From Chiloscyllium plagiosum (Eukaryota): a stretch of 64,000 bases of DNA. The position numbers and the translations under genes were made by a program. This document shows positions 12,545 through 23,775 of this stretch, in pieces; positions within the stretch are counted from its first letter, which is position 1, and each line of letters opens with the position of its first letter. The notes below the pieces were generated by a model that saw only the letters and a list, made by a program, of their open reading frames with translations, did no database searches and was not told the origin of the DNA. The stretch is from contig NC_057715.1 in NCBI RefSeq assembly GCF_004010195.1, positions 4,609,624-4,673,623 on the forward strand. The letters are read 5' to 3'.

Positions 12545-13469
12545 ATTCGGAAATAGAGGAGCATTTGGGGGGTGGGGGAGAAAGTCATCAGAAGAAAAGG
12601 TCAAAATGATTAGGAAGGTGAGATGTGGTTGAAAAGGATGGGAACACTTGTGAGGGACTGAAGCAATTGAGAAAGGAGGCAGTAATAGTGAGTGTGAAGG
12701 AATTGAGATGGATGGAGTGCTAGTAATGGAAGAGAACAGAACTGATTGGGAGAGGAGGGAAGTGGGTGGGAGCGAGACAGCGGAATGAGAGGGAGCATTG
12801 TTTATTGGGAGGGACAAAGCAGTCTGGAGCAGGGAAGTGATTGTGAGGGAGGTGTCAGGTTCTGAAAATTGGTATCAAGCTGGAATAAGCATGAATACTT
12901 TTCGTCGTATCGCATTCAGGGAAATCTTTTTCCTTTGTTACCCTTTTGAAGGTAGCCTCCAGTGGTCCCTTCAAAGATTCCTGGTTAGGTCCAGCACAGA
13001 ATAGGCAACTCTGTGTCGGCTGCACCAGGAAGGTGCAGTTTTAAAAAGAAGCACTTCAATGTGTGTGTTCCATTTGTGTCTAGATTGAGATTAACACATT
13101 CCTTTCCTGCTTTGAGCAAGTAAAATATTACTGCCATGGCATGAGTACATGCTGAGCCCTTCATTCTGCATGATTAAGGCCATTTTTATCATTTTAACAA
13201 TGTCTTATTTCTAACTTATACTATGAATCACTGCAAGGTAATGCAACTTTTTTTTCTTTATTCTTCCTCTTTTTGTATCTAAGATTTTGTACCGAGGTAC
13301 CTTGTACCGAAGAGGGTGCCATGAGAGGTGAGATTATAAACTTTTCACTGTACTCCTGTACTTGAGTTCTTGTGAAAATAAAACCTAATTTCACCTGTAA
13401 TTCTACTTTCCCGTTTAGATACATACGCTGTGCTATAGAATGTCAATTCTAAAGTCACCAAACATATTT

Positions 13470-13776
13470 AGATTAGATTCCCTACAGTGTGGAAACAGGC
13501 CCTTCGGCCCAACAAGTCCGCACTGACTCTCCGAAGAGCAACCCACCCAGACCCATTTACCCCTGAATAATGTACCTAAAACTATGGGCAATTTAGCACG
13601 GCCAATTCACCTAACCTGCACATTTTTGGACTGTGGGAAGAAACCGGGGCACCCGGAGGAAACCCATGCAGACACAGGGAGAATGTATAAACTCCACACA
13701 GACAGTCAGCTGAGGTGGGAATCGAACCCAGGTCACTGGCACTGTGAGGCAGCAGTGCTAGCCACTGAGCCACCAT
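13470..13776 (-). mobile_element. HE1-like SINE
   Basis: Head, V-domain and (tctaa)n tail on the minus strand. Confidence 0.92.
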
Positions 13777-13796
13777 ATTTGGGATTTTTAAAAAAT

Positions 13797-14331
13797 ATTC
13801 ACTTATGGGATGTGAGTGTCACTGACTGGGTCAGCATTGATTGCCCGTCTCTAGTTGCCCCTTGAGAAGGTGGGGGTGAGCTGCCTGCCTGAACCGCTGC
13901 AGTCCTTGTGCTGCAGGTTGACCCACAATGCCCTTAGGGAGGGAATTCCAGGATTTTGACCTGGCAGCAGTGAAGGAAAGTTGATGTATTTGCAAGTCAG
14001 GATGGTGAGTGGCTCGGAGGGGAGCTTGCTGTTGCTGATGTTCCCATGTACCTGTTACCCTTGTCCTTCCAGATGGAACTGGCTGTGGGTCCGAAAGGTA
14101 CTATCTGAGGATCTTTGGTGAACTTTGCAGTGCATCTTTTAGATAGTACTGAGCGTCGGTGGTGGAGGGAGTGAATGCTTGTGGATGTGGTGTCAATCAA
14201 CTGGGCTGCTTTGTCCTGGATGGTATCAAGCTTCTTGAGTGTTGTTGGAGCTGTGCTAATCCAGCCAAGTGGGGAATATTCCTTTACACTCCTGATGTAA
14301 TTCTTATAGATGGTGGACATACTTTGGGGAG
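13797..14331 (-). mobile_element. 3' part of a second LINE family (CR1-group, distinct from the main CR1)
   Basis: ORF 13997..14320 TIYKNYIRSVKEYSPLGW...LDTIQDKAAQLI...HSLHHRRSV; tail gggcaactagagacgggcaatcaatgctg...cacatcccataagtgaat. Confidence 0.85.
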
Positions 14332-14927
14332 TGTATCGGATGGGCCAAAGGGCTAAAGGTTAATGATGACATTTGACATCAGCATGAGAAAATCTATAGC
14401 ATGGGATGAGCTGAGAGACTGAAATTGTTGATGATATTTGACAAACTGCATGACCTTGAATGAGACAGCAGCTGCAGCTTGTGTGTTGTGTATCTGTACT
14501 AGCAAGCAGCTTTGTCTTCTCTAATCTGTTATTCCTCTGTGCTGGTTGTTTGTTACACTGTGTAAGAAAGAGAGTTTCATTCCAAGTTGGTAGATTTCAC
14601 CTCAGACGGGGATTGTGAACAATGCCAGAATAACATCAGCCTCCAGACCAGCCACTGATTGAAGGGTCCCTGCCACACAGGAGGGCATGAGGGCTCATTA
14701 CTTTCTTTTCCTTCCCTTTTTCATTGTCTATTATTTAATAGATGTTCTTAGTTCAGTCTTTTAGTTTTCCTTCCTTTTCAATCTTTTATCATTACTCAAT
14801 AAATGTTCATATTTAATCAAATTGATATTGTTGAGTCTTCTCTTAACTACATTTAACCAAGTCTGAAAAAAAACCACTGGGATACATCCTGTGATCCTAG
14901 ACAGGGAATCAGGAGACGGGTTACTCA
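14332..14927 (+). mobile_element. Possible solo LTR
   Basis: A ~600-bp block between two LINE pieces that begins tgt, ends tca and has an internal aataaa near 14798. No TSD seen. Confidence 0.35.
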
Positions 14928-14929
14928 CT

Positions 14930-15065
14930 AAAAACAAAAAGAACTGCGGATCCTTTAAATCAGAAAAAAAGACAGAAGTTGCTGGGAAAGCTCAGCAGGT
15001 CTGGCAGAATCTGTGGAGAGAAATCAGAGTTAGCGTTTTGGGTCCAGTGACCTTTCCTCCGAACC
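14930..15065 (-). mobile_element. Short PLE pLTR fragment with degenerate hammerhead core
   Basis: aagctcagcaggtctggcag motif. The reverse strand reads gttcggagga.aggtcactggacccaaaacgctaac. Confidence 0.75.
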
Positions 15066-16778
15066 CTTGTCCTTCTAGATGGACATGGTCATGGGTTTAG
15101 AAGGTGTTGTCTGAGGCTCTTTGGTGAATTTTTGCAACACATCTTGTCGACAGTACACATGGCTGCTACTGAGCATCTGTGGGGGAAGGTGTCACTGAGC
15201 AGGTTATTGCTGAGCAGGTGCACCTTGATAACACTGTTGATGACCCCTTCCATCACTTTACTGATGATCGATGTTAGGACAGTAATTGGCTGAGTTGGAT
15301 TTATCATGCACATACCTGGGCCTTGAGGTTACAGATTGTACTGGAGTATAATTCTGCTGCTGTTGATGGCCCAAAGTGCCTCATGGATGCCCAGCCTTGA
15401 GTTGCTAGATCTGTTCAAAGTCTGTCCCATTTAGCACAATGATAGTGTTGCACAACATGATGGAGGGTATTCTCAATGTGAAGGTGGGACTTGGTCTTAA
15501 GGACTGTGTTGTAGTCACTCTTACTGATACTATTATGGACAGATGCATTTGTAGCTGGCAGATTGGTAAGGATGAGGTTGAATATGTTTATTCTCTTGGT
15601 TCCCTTTCCATCTGCCACAGAGCTGATCTCGCAGCTATGTCCATTAAAATTCAACCAGCTCGATCAGTAACACTGCTGCCGAGCCACTCTTGGTAGTGGA
15701 CATTGAAATCCCCCCACTCAGAGTACATTTTGTGTCCTTGCCACCCTCAGTGCTTCCTCCAAGTGTTGTTCAATGTGGAAGTGTGCTGACTCATCAGCTG
15801 AGGAAGGACAGTACGTGGTAGTCAGCAGGAGGTTTCCTTGCCCATGTTTAAATTGGAGCCGTGAGACTTCATGGGGTCTGGAGTTAATGTTGAGGACTCC
15901 CAGGGCAATTCCCTCCCAACTGTATCCCACTGTGCCACCCCCTCTGCTGGGTCAGTCCTGCTGGTGAGACGGGACACATACAGGGATGGTGATGGTGGGG
16001 TTTGTGCCATTGCCTGTCAGGTACGGTTCCATGAGTATGACTATGTCAGGCTGTTGCTTGACTTGTCCATGAAACAGTGGTCCACTGATCCTTCCTTCCA
16101 GCCACCAACCGGATTCGTTCCTCCCATTGACCAACCAGGTTATACCCTCTACCCGTGTTCACCTTTCCCCTCTTCACCACCCTGCCCCCACCACCCCCTT
16201 TAACTGTAGCTCTCCTTACGCCCACTCCCACTCCTGAAGAAGGGTTATAATCAGAACATTGACTTCTTCTCCTCCTAATGTTACTTGGCTTGCTGTGTTC
16301 TTCCAGCTTTCTGCCTGTCTACCTCCCAATTTTGGCACCAGTCTGGGGTGTTACTAAGGAGTACTTTGCAAGGTCAACAGGGTTGTTTCTGCTGTTGTCT
16401 TTTCTGCTGCCTTGGTAGTTTGTCCAATTTCATTTCTTTGTTGATACTTCATAATGATTGATACAACTGGCTGGCTTGTTAAGACATTTCAGAGGGCAGT
16501 TGTAAATCAAACACTTTGCTGTGGGTCTGGAGTCACATGTAGGCCAGGCCAAGTGAAGATGATAGATTTCCTTCCCTAAAGTACATTAGTCAACCAATTT
16601 TTTTCAACAATTGACAATGGTTTAATGGTGATCGGTTGTTTCTTAATTTCAGATATTTTTTGTGGAATTCAAATGCCACCATCTGCTGTACCAGGATTTG
16701 AATCCGGATCCCCAGAACATTAGATGAGTCTCTGGATTAATAGTCAAGTAATAATAATACCAGGTCATTGCCTCCTCC
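15066..16778 (-). mobile_element. Internally deleted LINE of the second family with a tRNA-derived 5' head
   Basis: Minus strand order: tRNA-like head (16778-16680), SINE-like body, then LVPKLG..VKQQPDIVILME, LTTTYCPSS, GDFNV, NLILTN..SDYN (APE), PITVLTSIISKVMEGVIN (RT start), then a 3' fragment. Confidence 0.85.
16078..16322 (+). mobile_element. PLE 3' pLTR fragment inserted in the LINE endonuclease region
   Basis: C-rich pLTR, cctgaagaagggttata core remnant and cttgctgtgttcttccagc. The LINE sequence is collinear on both sides. Confidence 0.75.
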
Positions 16779-17929
16779 TGAATTGTCAGTAGTTACGATG
16801 GCAATGAGTCAGCTGTGAATCAGTTTGCCCCTCACTTGTACATAATTGCAGTAATTCCTTAGCATATATTGCAAAACAACAAGCAGCTCATTTCCATTTT
16901 ATTAGAAAGCATGGGGATTGGAACTGTAATATAACTGCAGAGGGGCATTTTTTAAAAAGTGCTATGGCAGCAAGCTTTTGAGGGGAATATTGTGAGAGCT
17001 TTTCCTCTTTGTATTCAATCCTCAGAAAATTTAGGATTGAGGTACTTGACAAATCCTTACATCTTGACCTCATCTGCTTGAATTACAAGGAACACCCTCT
17101 TGGAGACTCTCGGATATGATTAAAGGCTGCCATCCTCTTGATCATTTGCCAACCAGTAGCATTACCAGCATTGAATAATGCTGCTGCTGATTGTTTCTAG
17201 TTGACAACATATGTTCATGCACTGGTTCAGCTGGCAAAGGCTTAGTCTAAGACCACAGAAGGAGGAAGGCTAGACTACGGAGGTCAAAGCACAGAAAGTG
17301 TGCAAAGTTGATCCTCCCACTACTGTCATATGGGATATGTGGCTCTGTCCTTCCAGCCTCTTGTAGCCATTTGGTTGCAACCCCACAAGAGACACAAAAG
17401 AAAATCACATCTTGGTACCTGATCAAAACACGATGATGGGAAAATAGCTCAGTAACTGTTATTTGGTAAATAAATATGATGCTTTTCTTTAAATTGGCAT
17501 TGTTATTTGAGGAGATTATTAAATCTGGCAATGGTGCCATGTCAGCTTTACAGATGGGGACAAAATAGACAGATGTTTCTGATTGAATTTGGCTGCAGAT
17601 GTTAGGATGTGATATTGCTGTGGGATCCACGTTAAATTGACGCTGGTAATTTCTGTTGAAAGGTCCTATGAATAATGATCGTCTTGATACTGAGTTCCAA
17701 GTTTCACTGCTTTCTGAGATTTCAGGCTGATCTTCTTCTGTTACTCCACACTCCGTCCTTTCTGAAGCAACAAGAAAGTGGGAAACTGCACTGAGATCAT
17801 GCAGTGCTATCACTCCTGATTTATCAAGCAGCAAAAAAGTTGCATTGAAACACCATCCCCATAGTCCTCTTAGTAACCAATGATATAATTAAGTTGGTAT
17901 TACAAGAAATAGAACCAGGAGCAGGACAT

Positions 17930-18640
17930 TCAGTCATAGGGTCATGCAGCATGGAAACAGGCCCTTTGGTCCAATTCGTCCATACCGCACAGGTATTCCA
18001 GACTTAACTAATCCCATTTGCCGGCATTTGGCCTATGTCACTCTAAGGAGAAAGTGAGGACTGCAGATGCTGGAGATCAGAATTGAGAGTGTGGTGCTGG
18101 AAAAGCACATTACATCAGGCAGCATCCGAGGAGCAGGAGAATCGACGTTTCGGGCATAAGCCCTTCATCAGGAATGGAGGGCTTACATCCGATATATCAA
18201 TTCTCCTGCTGCTCAGATGCTGCCTGACCTGCTGTGCTTTTCCAGCACCATACTCTTGACTATGTCTCTATACACCTTCTCTCTCCGTGTACGTGTCCAA
18301 ATGTCTTTCAAATGTTGTGAGTGGACCCACCTCTACCATTTCATCTGGCAGTTCATTTCGTACACACATCCACCCTTTGTGTGAAAATGTTTCCCTCAGC
18401 TCCCTTTTAAATCTTCCCCGTCTCATGCCCTCTACTCTTGAACTCATTTACCATTGGTAAAGGACCTTGACTATTATCTGTGCCCCTCATAATTTTAAGA
18501 ACCTCCATAATGCACCCCTCAGCCTCCGACACTCGAGGGAAACAAATTCACAGCTCATCCTGCTTCTCCTTATAATTCATACCCCCCCAGTCCCAGTGAC
18601 ACCCTTGTAAATGTTTTCTGTATCCTTTCTAGTTTAACAA
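17930..18640 (-). mobile_element. CR1 3' end fragment, interrupted by a PLE mini-element
   Basis: Reverse complement of CR1 3'UTR and C-terminal coding sequence (catggaaacaggcccttt, ccctcagcctccgac). Confidence 0.88.
18047..18259. mobile_element. PLE-derived fold-back mini-element; intact hammerhead core on the minus strand at 18144-18171
   Basis: Inverted arms. Minus strand CTGATGA-a-GGGC-ttat-GCCC-GAAA-CGTC. Degenerate TSD ctatgtc.ct.ta. Confidence 0.88.
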
Positions 18641-18901
18641 AATCAAGTCCATTGAACTTGCCGTTACCACTCAATAAAACTATCGCCCATGCATCGAATT
18701 TAGTTCTTGTGCACAATACAAACGTAAACAAATAAATTACCACTTAGACCAGTTTCTCTCTCTACTTAATGCATTCCTTCCTAATTGTTCATATATCTTC
18801 CCATTTAAGTCAAATGCTAAGTTTTTCTGAATATGATCAGTATAATACTTCCTATGTAACAGTGAATTTCTTTCTTATATTGACAATGATAACTTAATAG
18901 C

Positions 18902-19255
18902 ATTGTGAAAGGTCATTGTTAGAAAATCCCAAAAGTAGGTGATGGTGATTCTTCAACCTTGAACAAAACTGCCTTTCATTAGCCTCATTCTCCTTCTCCC
19001 TCCTGATGTTTTCTAGGACCCAGGGTGAGTCCGCTAAGCAAGAAGTACTTGTTTCCCAGTATGAACAGAGCCACTGGGCAGCATTCACATAAAGCAGTTC
19101 AAGCTGCCAAAAATAGCAAAGACCTTGCAAAGGAAGTTGGACAATGTCTACTGTCCCATATTCCATTCTGATTGACTGATCTGAAACTTTGTCTATTAGC
19201 ATCAAACAGCAATAAACATTACAGCTTCAAATCTCTTTGAATGTTACCTCGCTCG
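18902..19255 (+). repeat. Local duplication block A (paralog at ~22078-22585)
   Basis: Collinear similarity, e.g. aaaatcccaaaagtaggtgatg, gagccactgggcagcattcacataaagcagt, ctgatctgaaactttgtctatta. Confidence 0.92.
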
Positions 19256-19684
19256 TTCACTGAAATGGATGTTAAAAATTATAAACCAAAGCCTGCTAAC
19301 TACTGTGCACATCAAATAGAGAGGTTCCACTGCAGAAAACAATTTCTTCAGTTACCTATTTCTTTCTTAACAGAAATACAGTTACCAACATTAGAATATA
19401 GACAGAGAGTTGTTCTGATGTGACTCTCACATCAGAGTTGACCCTCTTTTTATTTAAAAAAAAAGTTAATAATGAGCTCTGGAGGGAATTGCACATTTCC
19501 TCGATCTACTTATTTACATCCCCATTATTGGTGGAACGCTGGTATAAAATGGTTATAGGCTAATGAATGACCTGGAAACGTCTGTTCAGTTTTGGCAAGT
19601 GTCCAATTTTAACTCCGTCCTGTTCGCACAGACTCCAGGCTTTAGCAGCAGACTGAGGAAACAATCAACAAAGAAAATAATGAT

Positions 19685-19790
19685 GAAACAGAAACAGAAA
19701 TTGTTGGAGAAACTCAGCAGTTTAGCAGCACCTGTGCAGAGAAAGCAGGGTTAACATTTTGGGTCCAGTGACCCTCCTTCAGAACCAGGA
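19685..19790 (-). mobile_element. Short PLE pLTR fragment
   Basis: acagaaattgttggagaaactcagcag; the reverse strand has gttctgaaggagggtcactggacccaaaatgttaac. Confidence 0.75.
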
Positions 19791-20379
19791 ATGATGCTTG
19801 GCTCTTTTTCTTCACTCTTAATTATACTGTATGTCTTAGCAATTTTTAAAATAAACTTAGAGAAATCTTATAGTGCAGTGGGGATGTCACTACCTCTGGA
19901 CTAGAATCTCTGCATTCAAATCACAACGTATCTCGTGCAGGTCATAATGCAGCTAAACAGGTTGGTTATGAATCTGAATTCTTCCAGCATGCTAATAAGG
20001 TTGGAAAAGTTTCCTGATCAGCTAGAACTGTGTGGTAGCTGCAATGCATTCACCTCCCAATGTGAAAAGACTGGAAGAGCGATGATTATCCTTGTTCCAA
20101 GGAACTACCTTAGGCACTTTGTACAGAATGATGATGTTGCAGTCACCATCAGGATCTGGAGAGAGCAAGGCCTCACCCCAAGATGTAGAAGGAGAGTATC
20201 GCACTTCACTCATTCATTCAGAGCCCACAATCTCTTTGAGGAAATCAAAAGTAGGAGAAATAAATTCTTCAAAATAGATGCCTCCTACTCTATGTGTAAC
20301 TGATATGCAAACTCAGTCCTGTCTCTGAAGATCATCTGAAACTAAATTCACTTTGTTGCAACATTGGTATTTTTTTGAC

Positions 20380-20990
20380 TTCTAACTCTATACCATTGAG
20401 ATCACATAAACAGCCCATTTTCACTCCTATGATATCTCAGCCAACTTGATGCTGAAACGTTAGCCCATACTTTTGCTCTGTTTAAACTCATCCACTCTCA
20501 TGTTCGTTATGCCAGCCTCCTGCCTTCCACCCTCCATGACACAGAGACCATCCAAAACTCAGCTGCCCATGTAGTAACTTGCATCAAATCCTGCATGCGC
20601 ACCACTCTTTTCTCAGTGATCTGTGTTCGGTTATTGTCATGCAATGCAGCAATTTGAAGCTTCTCATCTGCACCTTCAAATCCCTCCATGCCCTCAGTCC
20701 TTCTTACCTCTAACATCCTCCCACCCAACTACCCTGCAGGAACTCTGTGCCTTTCCAAAACTGGCCTTATGTGCACCATGCAGCCTGATACTGTCAGCTG
20801 TGTCCTCAGTCTTTGAACTTACCTTCTCTGCCATTCCATCTCACTCTCTTCAAGAAACTGTTAATCATTACCATTTTGACTAAGCTTCAGTTACCTGTCC
20901 TAGTGCACCCTTCTTTGACTCAATAGCATTCATTGTCTGAGAAGGGCATTGGCACCGTTTCAGCTGTTCTGTAAATCGAAGAAACTGTTG
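20380..20990 (+). mobile_element. Old L2-like LINE 3' fragment
   Basis: Degenerate AETLAHTF / IQNSAAHVVT motifs typical of the L2 ORF2 C-terminus. Confidence 0.6.
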
Positions 20991-21100
20991 CTGTTGATGC
21001 ATGTTTTAATGGCAAATCGGAGGGAAAATTTGGAAATGGAAAGAAATGGCTAGGAGAGGTCAGAACAGGTTCCTTGTATTACAGTTTCCGATAGCTTCGG

Positions 21101-21428
21101 TGGGTGGCACGGTGGCTCAGTGGTTAGCACTGCTGCCTCACAGCGCCAGGGACCTGGGTTCAATTCCAGCCTTGGGAGACACTCTGTGTGGAGTTTGCAT
21201 ATTCTCCCTGTGGCTGCGTGAGCACCCCTTTGGGTGCTCTGGTTTTCTCCCACAATCCAAAGATGTGCAGGCCAGGTGGATTAGCCATGCCTAAGTTGCC
21301 TACAGTGCTGGATGCATTAGTCATCAGTAAATGTAGGGAATGGGTCTGGGTGAGTTACTCTTTGGAGGGTCATTGTGGACTTGTTGGGCCAAATGGCTAT
21401 TTCTACACTGTAAGGAATCTAATCTAAT
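21101..21428 (+). mobile_element. HE1-like SINE
   Basis: ggcacggtggctcagtggttagcactgctgcctcacagcgccaggg head, V-domain and aatct tail. Confidence 0.92.
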
Positions 21429-21807
21429 AAAGGCACTGATAGACAGGGGTAAAATCTATTCCCAACCCCAACAGAGTCAGAAACCCAGCAGTAATTCTTC
21501 AGCTGTCAATTGTAACAACAAGCTGAGGAAATCAATACAGGTTAGCTTTCAGGCATGGTGGCAATGCCAGGAGAAATTCTACACCTTACTAAAATGATCA
21601 AAATACTAATACTGATGTCTTCTCTGCTCACATCTTTGGGTGTACCTTTTACTCTCCTACTATTACTGAACCACACTTCAGACTTTGTCATTACTCTGAA
21701 CCAATACTAGATATATCTTCCAACATTTGATCAATTTGTCACTAACATACTCTCTTTCTTATAGGACAAGGCCACACACATGTTTTTGTCAGGAGGAGGT
21801 GAAAACT

Positions 21808-22036
21808 ATCTCTGTTAGTGTCACATAGTCAGATAAGGCACACTGTTCCAATCCATGTGAAAATATTGATTCCTGGAGCATTTGGATTAGTAAAGGAGTC
21901 ACAACATGGACATGAGGGACTTGGAGAAGAGATAATTCTTAATTCTGTTAACCATTATACACAAATGGAGTTGAGTCCTTTGAAGATTTGTTTTTTGACC
22001 TGGAGTTGTGATTACGTTTGTTGTGAATTGAGGGAG
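21808..22036 (+). repeat. Local duplication block B (paralog at ~23538-23775)
   Basis: Shared ctctgttagtg.cac.tagtcagataaggca and atattgattcctggagcatttggattagtaaaggagtcacaa. Confidence 0.9.
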
Positions 22037-22077
22037 GGTTGACAAATGGAAGGCCAGATGGGGGTGGGGAATGGAAA

Positions 22078-22585
22078 TTGTGAAAGGTCATAATTATAAA
22101 ATCCCAAAAGTAGGTGATGCTGATTCTTCAACCTTGAACAAAGCTGCCTTTCATTAGCCTCATTTTGCTCCCTCCTGATGTTTTCTAGGGCCCATGGTGA
22201 CTCCGAGAAGCAAGAAGTACTATTAGGCAGAGGTGGGTACTGCAGGTGCTGGAGATTAGAGTCAAGATGAGAGAGGAAGGGCTGATGAAGGGCTTTTGCC
22301 CAAAAATGTCAATTTTCCTGCTCCTCGGATGCTGTCTGACCTGCTGTGCTTTTCCAGTACCACTCTCAAGAAGTACTTGTTTCCCAGTATGAAAAGAGCC
22401 ACTGGGCAGCATTCACATAAAGCAGTACAGTGGCCAGAAATAGCAAGGACCTTGCAAAGGAAGTTGGACAATATCTACTGTCCCACATTCCATTCTGGTT
22501 GGCTGATCTGAAACTTTGTCTATTACCATCAAACAGCAATTATCATTACATTTTCAAATCTCTCTGAATGTTGCTCACTAGTTAA
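22078..22585 (+). repeat. Local duplication block A' (contains a PLE insertion absent from A)
   Basis: Collinear with 18902-19255 except for the 22222-22366 insert and its duplicated target. Confidence 0.92.
22222..22366. mobile_element. PLE mini-element with 11-bp TSD caagaagtact
   Basis: TSD at 22211-22221 and 22367-22377. Inverted tail on the left; ctgatgaagggcttttgccc core on the right arm. Confidence 0.9.
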
Positions 22586-23537
22586 AAAACATGTCAACCA
22601 AGGTCTGTATGGAAAAAAACAAGCAGGAGAGTGCATTCCAAGTGATTGAAAATCTATTGGTCATCAGGGTAATGGGGAAATCATTTGCATAGTGAGTGAC
22701 AAGAATGGACGTGAAATTACATTGAGTTTCTTAAAATCCTACCTTCCTTTAGTCACTGTCTTCCATAATCTGCATGACAAACTATAAACACTTTCACCAT
22801 TCGATGTTTCCTTTGTGTTAAAAACTAACCCTTGTCCCACTCTTTCCATTCAGCTGCTGAAAAAGCGCACACCCCCCCGCACTTCATAACAGGAAGACCG
22901 CTGTCCAGAACATGCCATCACTCAAAATGATTCTAATAGCTTAGAAGTTAGTGCCACACATATTGTAGATGTGAGATAGCACGGTGAATCAGCATGCCGA
23001 TGTGTAAATGCCAGGGAAGGAGAATTGAATTTTGAGAGGGTGAGATTACATTCTCTGAACTTGATTCTGGAGGACTCAAATGCTGACATTGAGGGCTTAG
23101 TCTACCAATGAAAGTTGAAAGCCAGAAAATTCCACTGTGTATCTACTAGCAATTTTTGTGCACAATGTCTCAGAGCATGGATTAATCCAATCCCATTCAA
23201 CTTGCATCAAGGCTGCGTGTACAGCCTGGAGACCATTTCGTTTAGCATGGAGCAATTGGCTCCAAAAACATCATACTATGCCCACCATGATGAAATCTCA
23301 ATGGAGAGCTCTAACTGCCTTTACAGATTCAAACACTGCTGGCATGAACATTCAGACAGATGCTACCCTGCTCTGGTGGCCAATGTTCACAGATTTACAG
23401 AAAATAATATAATTTCTGAACACTAGTGTTCAGCAGAGCCAGAGTACTGAAGTACAGAAGAGTAGCTTTGGCTGAATGAGAGAGAAGTCTGCTGCTCTAT
23501 CTTAGGATGGTCCTCCTGCACCATTCATTCTGCCACT

Positions 23538-23775
23538 ACCTCTGTTAGTGCCACTTAGTCAGATAAGGCAGGCTGCCTCAATGTTTGCTAACATATTGAT
23601 TCCTGGAGCATTTGGATTAGTAAAGGAGTCACAATATGGACACTAGGGACTTGGAGAAGAGAATATTTTTCATTACTCTGTTAACTTTCACACCCAGATA
23701 GAGTTGAGCTCTTTGAAGATTTTATTTCTGTTTTTGGTTTTGGATTGTGGTTACATGCATTGTGGAGTGAGGGAA
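23538..23775 (+). repeat. Local duplication block B'
   Basis: Collinear with 21808-22036. Confidence 0.9.

Noticed and set aside
18938-19006. C/D box snoRNA in block A
   Set aside because: The C box is imperfect in both copies (gtgatgg, gtgatgc) and there is no terminal stem.
19935-20303. 122-aa ORF and overlapping frames
   Set aside because: No recognisable homology or consistent exon boundaries; length is compatible with chance.
23115-23426. Two overlapping plus-strand ORFs with Cys/His residues
   Set aside because: Short, no convincing domain spacing and no clear splice signals.
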